Assembly: GCF_019464535.1 (NCBI RefSeq)
Contig: NZ_CP080507.1
Location: 4,110,001 to 4,142,000, forward strand
From: Horticoccus luteus
GTDB taxonomy: Bacteria; Verrucomicrobiota; Verrucomicrobiia; Opitutales; Opitutaceae
DNA length: 32,000 nucleotides
Reading direction: 5' to 3'
This document shows positions 1 to 7,236 of this stretch, piece after piece. The first letter of the stretch is position 1; each line of letters opens with the position of its first letter. The notes under the pieces are model-generated. The model saw nothing but the letters and a program-made list of their open reading frames with translations, did not search any database and was not told where the DNA came from. The translations under genes and the position numbers were made by a program.

Positions 1-85
1 GATGCACGAGCGAGTCGAGCCCCTCCGGCAGTTTTTCCAGGCGGCGCGTTTCCGTGCGCCGCACTTCTTCCATCGGCAGCGGCAT
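1..85 (-). CDS. hypothetical protein, N-terminal fragment (gene runs off the left edge)
   Basis: Reverse-strand ATG at 85 (plus-strand CAT 83-85), 3 nt after the stop of the upstream gene (plus-strand CTA 89-91). My translation MPLPMEEVRRTETRRLEKLPEGLDSLVH stays open to the window edge. Too short for the ORF track or for a functional call. The spacing suggests the same operon as the two genes upstream. Confidence 0.3.
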   Translation of the reverse strand, partial: MPLPMEEVRRTETRRLEKLPEGLDSLVH

Positions 86-88
86 CGG

Positions 89-2266
89 CTAAAGCTGGTA
101 GTGAGATTGCAACAACTGCCGGAAGTCCCGGCCCCATTGCACGAGCAGCGGCGACCACGGCAGATCGAAGCGGATCACGCCCGTTCGCCCGTGCCACACC
201 ACGTGGCCCTCTTTCGCCGCCGCCCCGGTCGGCGCCGGCACGCGCGCCACGACGAGAAAGAAAGGTTCGGCCGACCGCAGGCCGCGCGGATCGTCCATGC
301 GCACGCGCACCGCGCCACCCGTCGCCCAGCCCAACGCCGGCGAAGGCAGCACGTCCTGCCGGCCCGGCACCACGCGCCAGTCGGTCACGCGCAAATCCCG
401 CCCGGAAGAGCCTTGGAAACGCACCTCCGCGCCATGCAGGTGTCCGCCGAACAAATCGCCCGCGAAGTCCTGCGGCACGACCGCGTAAAAATCCCACAAC
501 GGCCCGTCGCCGACGAGCTCGCCCACCATCGTCCCGCGCGCCATCCACGTGCCCAGCATGTCATCGCTGTGGGCGGAAACCCATTCGCCCGTCACCGGCG
601 CGCGAAAATCCAGTTGCTCCTGATCGTGCTCGAGCTGCGCCAGCAACATCTCCACCGATTCGCGCCGCTTCTTCATCGGTGCAATCCCCGCAGCCAATTC
701 CGTCAGCATCTGCCGCTCCCGCGCGGCCGCTTGTTCCAGATTTGCGCGCGCCGACGCGATCGACAGCGCCAGTTCAGGGTTCTGCAACGTGACCAACGGC
801 GCGCCTTGCTGTACGCTGGTTCCGCTGGGCACCGCAAAGGATTCCGCCCAGCCGTCGACCGGCGTGAGCACTGTCATCGAGCCCGCGGCCCGCACCACCC
901 CCGCTGCACGAAAATGCCGCGGAAACGGCACCACCCCCAACAAAATCACAATGACCGCGAGGGCGCCGAACGTCACACCCCACGCCCGTTTGCGCACCCG
1001 CTGGATGCGCGGCTCCCGCGTCAGGTAACGCAGCCCGCCGACGACCGGCATCACAAACGCACCGATGAACGTCACCACACCCGCGAGCAGCCCGATGCCG
1101 AAGTAGCGATCCGCCACGAGCAGGATGATCGAGACCGTGATGAGAATGCGATAAACCCAGCTCGCCACGCCGTAAATCGACAGCCACACCGCTTCCTTCC
1201 GGCTGCGCGCCGGGCTCTCGGTGAATTTGCCGCCAAACGCATATTTCTCGATCATGTGCAGCCACTGGCGCGCCGCCCGCGGCTGCAAATTCGGCGAGTC
1301 GGTCAGATCCGCGAGAATATAATAGCCGTCAAAGCGCAGCAGCGGATTGATATTGAAAATCACCGTGGAGACCGACGCCACGATCATGACGTTATACGCG
1401 AGACTGTTGAGCAGCCCGGCGCCGGTGTTGGCCCAGACGAGCGCCGCGATGCTCGCGAAAAACAACTCCGGGATCATGCCCGCGCAGCCCACCATCACGC
1501 GTTTCCACCGCTCGCGAAAGGCCCAGGCGGCCGTCGCGTCCACATACGGAATCGGCGTGAACACCAGCAGGGTCACACCCATCGCGTGCACCTCGCCCCC
1601 GAATTTTTTCACCGCAAACGCGTGACCGAATTCGTGCACCAGCTTCGCCATCGCGAAGCCGAGATACAACAGGAGGAGGTTGCCCGGTTCGAGAATGCTC
1701 TGCGTCTGGTCCTGCGCCTGATCCCAGTGGTTGATGACCGCCGACAGCCCCAGCCCCACCATCACGATCCACAGCAACCCCGCGCCCGGCGTGCAAAGCC
1801 ATTTCACCACCGGCCACAAGCGCCGCAGAATCGGCTCCGGATCGAGCAGGCGGATACGCAAAAAGAAGATGCCGAAAATCTGTGACTTGATCTCCTGCTG
1901 CACCCGCTTCTGGTGCCGTTGAAACAATTGCGCCGTGTCCGCCGGCACATCCGACGCGATCAGGTTGGATTGATACAACTGCGCCAGCATCGAGACGATC
2001 TCGCCCTGGCCCGGCGCGCGGTCGCCATCCCGCTCGAGACAGCCGACCCAGATTTCCTCGATCGTGCGCGTGCCGTCGAGGCGCGCCACAAACTGGTAGG
2101 CCTCCGGCCGGAAACGAAAAAACTGATTCGTGAAACCATCCTGTGCGATGTGCCACGTCTCGCCGCGAAACACCTGTTTCCGAATCGTCACCGACGGCCG
2201 CAGCCGCAGCCGCTGCCCGGCCACCCGATGCCACGACTCGCTGAATAACGCCCGCTGCTCGCTCAT
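89..2266 (-). CDS. fusion protein: PqqD/RRE-like N-terminal domain + peptidase M50 (site-2 protease family) membrane domain + C-terminal HlyD-type periplasmic adaptor domain (725 aa)
   Basis: ORF track 89..2266(-). The HEFGH zinc motif is encoded at 1622-1636 and the second S2P motif NINPLLRFDGYY at about 1328-1354. Several hydrophobic segments are present (e.g. GLLWIVMVGLGLSAVI, GVTLLVFTPIPY, WGVTFGALAVIVILLGVVPF). After the last TM comes a barrel-sandwich/coiled-coil pattern (VLTPVDGWAESFAVPSGTSVQQGAPLVTL ... LEQAAARERQMLTELA ... LDFRAPVTGEWV) typical of HlyD-family MFPs. The N-terminal about 110 aa resembles PqqD (FVARLDGTRTIEEIW...GEIVSMLAQLYQSNLI). Confidence 0.85.
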   Translation of the reverse strand: MSEQRALFSESWHRVAGQRLRLRPSVTIRKQVFRGETWHIAQDGFTNQFFRFRPEAYQFVARLDGTRTIEEIWVGCLERDGDRAPGQGEIVSMLAQLYQSNLIASDVPADTAQLFQRHQKRVQQEIKSQIFGIFFLRIRLLDPEPILRRLWPVVKWLCTPGAGLLWIVMVGLGLSAVINHWDQAQDQTQSILEPGNLLLLYLGFAMAKLVHEFGHAFAVKKFGGEVHAMGVTLLVFTPIPYVDATAAWAFRERWKRVMVGCAGMIPELFFASIAALVWANTGAGLLNSLAYNVMIVASVSTVIFNINPLLRFDGYYILADLTDSPNLQPRAARQWLHMIEKYAFGGKFTESPARSRKEAVWLSIYGVASWVYRILITVSIILLVADRYFGIGLLAGVVTFIGAFVMPVVGGLRYLTREPRIQRVRKRAWGVTFGALAVIVILLGVVPFPRHFRAAGVVRAAGSMTVLTPVDGWAESFAVPSGTSVQQGAPLVTLQNPELALSIASARANLEQAAARERQMLTELAAGIAPMKKRRESVEMLLAQLEHDQEQLDFRAPVTGEWVSAHSDDMLGTWMARGTMVGELVGDGPLWDFYAVVPQDFAGDLFGGHLHGAEVRFQGSSGRDLRVTDWRVVPGRQDVLPSPALGWATGGAVRVRMDDPRGLRSAEPFFLVVARVPAPTGAAAKEGHVVWHGRTGVIRFDLPWSPLLVQWGRDFRQLLQSHYQL

Positions 2267-2276
2267 GGTCGTGCGC

Positions 2277-4109
2277 TCACCACCACAGCTTGAGCCGCAG
2301 GAAATCGACCAACCGGTGCGTCGCCATCCACAGCAGACTGCGGTGGCCGGCCTCGATCTTGGCCACGCCGCTCATCCCCGGCCGGAACCAGTCCGCCCGA
2401 TGGTCCAGCAGCCCATGCACGAGAAAGAAATTTCCATCCCGGTCCGGCATCGCCGACGGCTCGATGCGATCGATCGTCACCTTGAACGTGTCCTCAGGCC
2501 GGCTCGCAAACGCGATGTCCGCCGTGTGGCTGTTCTGGATCTGGTCGATGTCTTTTTCCACCACCCGCATCTCGACGTAGAGCCCCTTCAGTTGGGAAAC
2601 CTTCAGCAGGATGTCGCCGGTCTTCACCGGCGCGCCGATTTTTTCGCGCAAATCGCCTTCGACGACCACGCCGTCAAACGGCGCCCGCATTTCCGCCCGC
2701 GAAAGCCGGTAACGCACCAGGTCAACCCGCGCCTGCGATTCCGCCTGCTGCGCCCGCGCCACGCGCAACTCCGAAAGCTGCCGGTCCGCCTCCGCCTTGT
2801 CGGCTTCGCTCGCGTGCCTCTGCAACTCCGCCTGCGCCGCCGCGAGCTGCACCAGGAGGTCGCTCGTATCCAGTTTCACCAGCACATCGCCCTGCTTCAC
2901 CAGATCACCCGGCCGCACATCGACTTCCGCGAGATAACCTTCGAAGGGCGCCGGCAGATGCAGCAGCGCGTCAGCCCGCACGATGAACGTACCGTCGACG
3001 CGATACGGGAACGGCACGAACACCGCGATCGCGAGCAACACCGCCCCGGCGATCGCGCCCACTTTGATCCACGTCTGTTTCGGCCCGAGAAAGCCTGCGC
3101 ACCACGTGCGAAAGGCCACCGCCCAGCGCGCCCCAAACCACCGGTCCTGCTTCCGCAATTCATCGAGACGCCGCGACACTTGGTCCGCGATCACCCGCAA
3201 CGCCAGCGCATCATATTCGCCAAAAGCCGTCTCGCTGCGCTCGAGCGTCAACACACCCCGCGCCTCGCCTTCCACGCGCACCGGCACCGACAACAAAAAC
3301 GGCACGCGCTCCGCCTCCGCGTAAGCGGCATGATCGCGGGTGATCGCCGTGCTCTCGCTCAGCGCCGGCCAGACGATCTCCTCATCCTGATCGCGCGCTT
3401 CCTCCATGGCCGCCTCCAATCGCTGCACGATCGTCATGCGCTTCTCGAAACGGTCCGTGCCGCTGATCGCCTGCACCCGCACGTAGGCGCCGTCCGTCCA
3501 GCCCAACGCCACCCGCGTCGAGTGGAAACGCGCCGCCAGTTCGTTCACCAGCGACATCGCCACCGCGAGGAAACGCGTATGCGCATTTGTCGCCGCCAAA
3601 ATTTCCAGCGCCTGCGCAAAGTGCTCCACCTCGCGCTTCGTCTTCTCCAGCAACCGCTGCCGCTGATAAAGCAACGGCGTATCCGACGCGAGCCGCAGCA
3701 GCGAACCCGCCGCGACGATCTCGTCGCGCGACGTCCGCGCCAGCGCCACCGCCAGTAAACACGTTTCACCGCCGTCGCCCGTGGACAGCGTCACCAACAG
3801 CAATCCCAACCCGCCGGTCGCATTCGTCGCCGCCGCCGCCAGCCCCTCGGCGAGCGCGCGTTCCGCCAGCGGTCCAAACACCGGACCCGCCAAAGGCAGC
3901 GGAAACTCCCGCGCCGTCGGCCAGCCCGCGGCCAGTCGCCACCCCTCGCCCACGCGCACCACGACAGCCGCCGCGGGCGCCTGCACCAGTTCCGCACAAG
4001 TCTGCGCAAAACGAGGCCAGAATTCCTTGGGGGACCCTTCAAACAGGCGGCACGCTTCGAGCCGGGCCACGGCTTCGGCAGGGGTCGCAAACGGGGAAGT
4101 GTTGTTCAT
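2277..4109 (-). CDS. tandem GAF-like cytoplasmic sensor domains + single TM + HlyD-family periplasmic adaptor (610 aa)
   Basis: ORF track 2277..4109(-). A GAF-like region lies at about aa 160-320 (FLAVAMSLVNELAARFHSTRVALGW...VPVRVEGEARGVLTLERS) and a weaker GAF-like region at the N-terminus. TM segment IKVGAIAGAVLLAIAVFVPF. This is followed by an MFP pattern (APFEGYLAEVDVRPGDLVKQGDVLVKLD, a long coiled coil, MRAPFDGVVVEGDL, LYVEMRVVEKDI). The stop is 10 nt before the start of the M50 fusion gene. Confidence 0.85.
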   Translation of the reverse strand: MNNTSPFATPAEAVARLEACRLFEGSPKEFWPRFAQTCAELVQAPAAAVVVRVGEGWRLAAGWPTAREFPLPLAGPVFGPLAERALAEGLAAAATNATGGLGLLLVTLSTGDGGETCLLAVALARTSRDEIVAAGSLLRLASDTPLLYQRQRLLEKTKREVEHFAQALEILAATNAHTRFLAVAMSLVNELAARFHSTRVALGWTDGAYVRVQAISGTDRFEKRMTIVQRLEAAMEEARDQDEEIVWPALSESTAITRDHAAYAEAERVPFLLSVPVRVEGEARGVLTLERSETAFGEYDALALRVIADQVSRRLDELRKQDRWFGARWAVAFRTWCAGFLGPKQTWIKVGAIAGAVLLAIAVFVPFPYRVDGTFIVRADALLHLPAPFEGYLAEVDVRPGDLVKQGDVLVKLDTSDLLVQLAAAQAELQRHASEADKAEADRQLSELRVARAQQAESQARVDLVRYRLSRAEMRAPFDGVVVEGDLREKIGAPVKTGDILLKVSQLKGLYVEMRVVEKDIDQIQNSHTADIAFASRPEDTFKVTIDRIEPSAMPDRDGNFFLVHGLLDHRADWFRPGMSGVAKIEAGHRSLLWMATHRLVDFLRLKLWW

Positions 4110-4359
4110 GCGTCCAGGGCATCACGACGCGGGCTCCAGCGGGCTACCCGGCGTGTGAAGGGTAAATGTCATCGCGCCGTTTCGCCGTTTTCCAAGCAAA
4201 AATGCGCGATTCCCCGATGGCGGAACGGCCAGACGCCACTCCATGACCGACTTGCCGAACGATAAATTTTCCAAATCTCCGCCCCTCGGATAATTTCGCG
4301 CTGCGACTGGAATGCCGTTGCCACGAGCCCGGGGCGCGCTCATGCCTCACTGCACGTTC
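4110..4359. promoter_or_regulatory. divergent intergenic/promoter region between the GAF-MFP operon (-) and the lipoprotein/ABC operon (+)
   Basis: A 250-bp non-coding gap between two divergently oriented start codons. It contains the most AT-rich stretches of the first 11 kb (e.g. gataaattttccaaatctcc, ccaagcaaaaatgcg). No specific -35/-10 elements could be assigned by eye. Confidence 0.4.
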
Positions 4360-4782
4360 ATGAGCTTCCCGCTTCTTAAATTGCCCGTGCGCTGCGCCCT
4401 CCTTCCCCTCGCTTTCGTGCTCACAATGTTTGTCGCCGCCTGTGGTGGCGGTGGCGGCGGCGGCGGCACACCGCCCACTCCGCCTCCTCCCGTTCCTGAT
4501 CTCGCTCCCGCCTCGATCGCCAATCACACGATCGTGATTGCCGATCCCGACCAACCCACGGTCACGAGCACCTACGCTTTCAGCGCGTCCACTTACACTT
4601 CCCCCGGCGGCGATAGCGGCACCTACAGCTACGGCAAGGTTGCCGGCACGACGACGCAGGCTCAGCTGCAAATCGCTTCGACGTTCAACCCCGTGCGCAC
4701 TTACACGCTCACGTTCACGTCCTCCGCCGGCGGCACCTACGTTGACCAAGTTGGCAAGCACGGCACGTTCCAGTATCAGTAA
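4360..4782 (+). CDS. small secreted lipoprotein with poly-Gly/Pro linker and about 100-aa Thr/Ser/Tyr-rich beta-type domain (140 aa)
   Basis: In-frame ATG at 4360 within ORF 4312..4782 gives MSFPLLKLPVRCALLPLAFVLTMFVAAC with a good lipobox (VAAC). Next come G8, TPPTPPPPVP and a globular-looking C-terminus. No family recognised. Confidence 0.7.
   Translation: MSFPLLKLPVRCALLPLAFVLTMFVAACGGGGGGGGTPPTPPPPVPDLAPASIANHTIVIADPDQPTVTSTYAFSASTYTSPGGDSGTYSYGKVAGTTTQAQLQIASTFNPVRTYTLTFTSSAGGTYVDQVGKHGTFQYQ
4444..4467 (+). repeat. in-frame (GGY)8 trinucleotide tract, with (GGC)5 perfect at 4453-4467, encoding Gly8 right after the lipidated Cys
   Basis: Read directly from the sequence: tgt ggt ggc ggt ggc ggc ggc ggc ggc aca. 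Confidence 0.9.
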
Positions 4783-6058
4783 ACGCGCGCGCCTCGCGCT
4801 CGCCCTGCTGCTGGCCCTTCCCGTCTCCGGCTGCCTCTCCGTCCGGCGCGAACTCGCGCTCGAACAAACCCGCCAGCACGTGGCGTGGGCCGCCCTCGCC
4901 ACTCCGCCCCGCCGTGAAACCCGCACGTTTTCCTGGGCCGGGGCACTCGCGCAACTCCGCGCCGCCAACCCCAAGATTCGCTCCGCCGAGCTCGATCTGA
5001 TCCGCGCCCGGGAAGCGCGCGAGCAAGTTCGCCGCTCGCTGATTCCCCTCGTGAGCTTGCAAAGCGGATACAACCGCAGCTTCGGCGGCAGCTCCCTCAA
5101 CACCTTCGATCCGTTCTACTTTGCCGCCACCGTCTTCTTCGACGTGCCCGGCTTCATGAACTACCGCACGCGCGCGGAAGCCGCCGAACTCACGCTCACC
5201 CGCGCCGAACTCGGCCGCGAAGCCGTCTGGCGCGAACAGGTCACCTCCCTCTACCGCGCCGCCGCCGCCCAGGAAGATCTCGCCGCCCAACTCGCCCGCC
5301 TGCAACGCCAGCAAGCCCGCGCCCGCGCTCTCGCCCCCGGCGCACCCCGCGCCGCCACCGCCGCCCAGCGCCGCCTCCTCCCGGCCCAAACCCGCCTCGA
5401 CGCCCAACTCGCCGACGCCCGTGAAAAAGTCGCCGATCTTCTCGGCCTGCCTGGCACTCCCATCGTCTTTTCCGGGCCGCTCCCCGACCCCGGCTACGAT
5501 CGCGTGGCCCAACGCCCCGCTCCCGCCCAACTCGCCGGCCTGCCCCTCCGCCTTGCCGCCATCGAACTCGTGGCCTTGCGCGCGCGCCAGCTCGGCGTGC
5601 GCCTGCAGGCCTGGCCCGAAGTAAATTTTTCGGTCAGCACCCCCACGCTCTATCGCCGCACCAATGGCCAGAGCGACTACTGGTCTTCCCACGACACCCT
5701 CGCCGGGGCCAACGCCTTTTGGACGCTCGATACCCGGGGCCGGCAGGCCAGCGAGGGCCGCATCCTCACCGCCGAACTCGCCCTGCGCCGCACCATCCTG
5801 GAGCAGGAAGCTCACCGCGTCGCCGCGCAACTCCACACCGCGCTGGACCAGCTCCAGGTGACCGATCGCGAGTTCGCCGCGCTCAACGCCGCCCTGCCCG
5901 ACGCCCCGGAGCGCCTTCGACCCGACCTCCTCGCGCGCCGTGATGCGCTCGCCGCCGAACGCCGCGAATGGGAAGTGGTGTTGTGGTTTTTCGACGACAC
6001 CCGCTGGACCACCCCCGCTCCCCCGACCACCGTCGCGCTCGCCGCCTCCTCCCGATGA
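4751..6058 (+). CDS. TolC-like outer membrane efflux lipoprotein (OMF), Ala/Arg/Leu-rich and divergent
   Basis: Frame of ORF 4538..6058. I prefer the TTG at 4751 (or 4742), which gives MASTARSSISKRARLALALLLALPVSGC with a lipobox (VSGC). Two OEP-like repeats are visible (AELDLIRAREAREQVRRSLIPLVSLQSGY... and LRLAAIELVALRARQLGVRLQAWPEVNFSV...). The stop overlaps the next start (ATGA at 6055-6058). The start codon is uncertain. Confidence 0.65.
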   Translation: MASTARSSISKRARLALALLLALPVSGCLSVRRELALEQTRQHVAWAALATPPRRETRTFSWAGALAQLRAANPKIRSAELDLIRAREAREQVRRSLIPLVSLQSGYNRSFGGSSLNTFDPFYFAATVFFDVPGFMNYRTRAEAAELTLTRAELGREAVWREQVTSLYRAAAAQEDLAAQLARLQRQQARARALAPGAPRAATAAQRRLLPAQTRLDAQLADAREKVADLLGLPGTPIVFSGPLPDPGYDRVAQRPAPAQLAGLPLRLAAIELVALRARQLGVRLQAWPEVNFSVSTPTLYRRTNGQSDYWSSHDTLAGANAFWTLDTRGRQASEGRILTAELALRRTILEQEAHRVAAQLHTALDQLQVTDREFAALNAALPDAPERLRPDLLARRDALAAERREWEVVLWFFDDTRWTTPAPPTTVALAASSR

Positions 6059-7224
6059 CTCCGCCCCTCTTCCGCGCCGCAGCCATCGCCCTGCTCCTCA
6101 CCGGCGCCGGTTGCACTCGCCCACCCGCGTCGACCCGCCCACCCACCCCCGCCGCCTGGCAATGGCAGGACTTCCCCTCCGCCCAAGAGCTGCTCCTCGC
6201 CGAATTACCCGCCGGCGTGCAACCCGTCCGCCTCGACGTCGTTCACGCGCCGGTGGCCGGTGAACTCATGCTCCTGCCTCCTGCCGCCAACGACGCCACC
6301 CTCCCGGCCAACGCCGCGTGGGCGCGCATCACGATCCCCGGCGCCGCCGACGAAGCGCGCGATCTCGCGGACATGCGCCAGCGCCTCACCGAGCGGCGCG
6401 ATCACTATGCCCGCTTCGAGGTGCCCGCCGCCCTCGCCCGCCTCGACCGCGAAATTGCCGACGCCCAGGAAACCCTTTCGGTCGCCCGCTTCGCCCAGAA
6501 ATCGCCCGACCTCTTCCGCGGCGAAGACGCGCCGCTCGATCCGCAACTGCAGCCTTCGCTCTCACCCGCCCAAGCTGAGGCTCAGCTCCAACGCCTCCGC
6601 GAGCAGCGCGCCCAACTCGCCGCCGGCGATCGTGCTGCCGAACCCGCCGACCTGCTCGCGCTCCAAGCCCAGCTCGACCAACGCGACCGCGCGCTCCGCC
6701 TCCGCGATGAACAATTGACGCTCACCGCGCCGTTCGCCGCGCGCCTCCGCCTCGCGCAACCCGGCGCCTCGCGCCACGTCGAACCCGGCGAAATCATCGC
6801 CACGCTTTCCGATTCTTCCGCCCTCGAAGTGCGCGTCCGCGCGACGCTGCCGCTCCTCCACAGCGTGCCGCCGGAAACACTTCAGGCCGTCGTCACCCTC
6901 CCCGGCGGCATCACCGCGCCGGCGGAATTTGCCGGTAGCACGGTCGAACTGCAGGGGCCCGTCCTCGTCACCATCTTTCGCTTTCAACTAGCCGCCACCC
7001 CGGCGCAGGCCACCGCGGTTCCGACCGCCGGCGTGGAGTTGCCTGTGCTCGTGTTTGCCCGCTTGCCGCACGCCGCCCGCATCGTCCCGAAACTTGCCCT
7101 CGTGCGCTTCGATGCGCACGGCGTCCTGCGCGATGGCTGGCGCGCCGGCCTGCCGCGCTTGCTGCCCGGCACGGAACTGCTCGCCGAAGGCCGCCAGGCG
7201 CTCGCGTTGCAACCCGCGCCCTGA
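6055..7224 (+). CDS. HlyD-family periplasmic adaptor (MFP), probable lipoprotein
   Basis: ATG at 6055 inside ORF 5968..7224 gives MTPPLFRAAAIALLLTGAGC (signal peptide plus Cys). A long coiled-coil region follows (EIADAQETLSVARF...AEAQLQRLREQRAQLAA...LDQRDRALRLRDEQLTLTAPFAARL) and then a beta-barrel-like tail (VEPGEIIATLSDSSALEVRVRATLP). It is translationally coupled to the preceding OMF gene. Confidence 0.7.
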   Translation: MTPPLFRAAAIALLLTGAGCTRPPASTRPPTPAAWQWQDFPSAQELLLAELPAGVQPVRLDVVHAPVAGELMLLPPAANDATLPANAAWARITIPGAADEARDLADMRQRLTERRDHYARFEVPAALARLDREIADAQETLSVARFAQKSPDLFRGEDAPLDPQLQPSLSPAQAEAQLQRLREQRAQLAAGDRAAEPADLLALQAQLDQRDRALRLRDEQLTLTAPFAARLRLAQPGASRHVEPGEIIATLSDSSALEVRVRATLPLLHSVPPETLQAVVTLPGGITAPAEFAGSTVELQGPVLVTIFRFQLAATPAQATAVPTAGVELPVLVFARLPHAARIVPKLALVRFDAHGVLRDGWRAGLPRLLPGTELLAEGRQALALQPAP

Positions 7225-7236
7225 AGTCCGCGCCCG

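Noticed and set aside
2-1885. Very long ORFs on the strand opposite to the called genes: 2..1885(+), 2130..3758(+), 9040..10443(-), 11373..13307(-), 12377..13486(+), 16812..18692(+), 18656..19960(-), 21133..22908(+), 22607..24658(+), 24655..25710(+), 25698..26684(-), 28020..29483(+), 29938..31053(-).
   Set aside because: Their translations are Arg/Pro/His/Gly/Ala-rich low-complexity strings with no motifs. Each overlaps a gene with clear family signatures on the other strand. Stop-poor antisense frames are expected in DNA this GC-rich.
3545-4165. Cluster of Gly/Arg/Pro-rich ORFs (3545..3769-, 3587..4165+, 3766..3999-, 3781..4158+, 3791..4090-) overlapping the 5' part of the GAF-MFP gene.
   Set aside because: All are alternative frames of the same GC-rich stretch. 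The 2277..4109(-) frame is the only one continuous with the recognisable GAF and HlyD regions.
4188-4274. Direct repeat of the octamer TTTTCCAA (4188-4195 and 4267-4274) in the divergent promoter region.
   Set aside because: There are only two copies of an 8-mer within the AT-rich part of an intergenic region. This is too short to separate from chance without genome-wide motif statistics or conservation data.
4538-4750. N-terminal extension of the first OMF gene back to the TTG at 4538, as given by the ORF track.
   Set aside because: The extension overlaps most of the small lipoprotein gene in another frame and translates to Pro/Ala/Arg-rich sequence. A TTG at 4751 (or 4742) places a normal signal peptide and lipobox (LPVSGC) at the N-terminus. 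The exact start remains uncertain.
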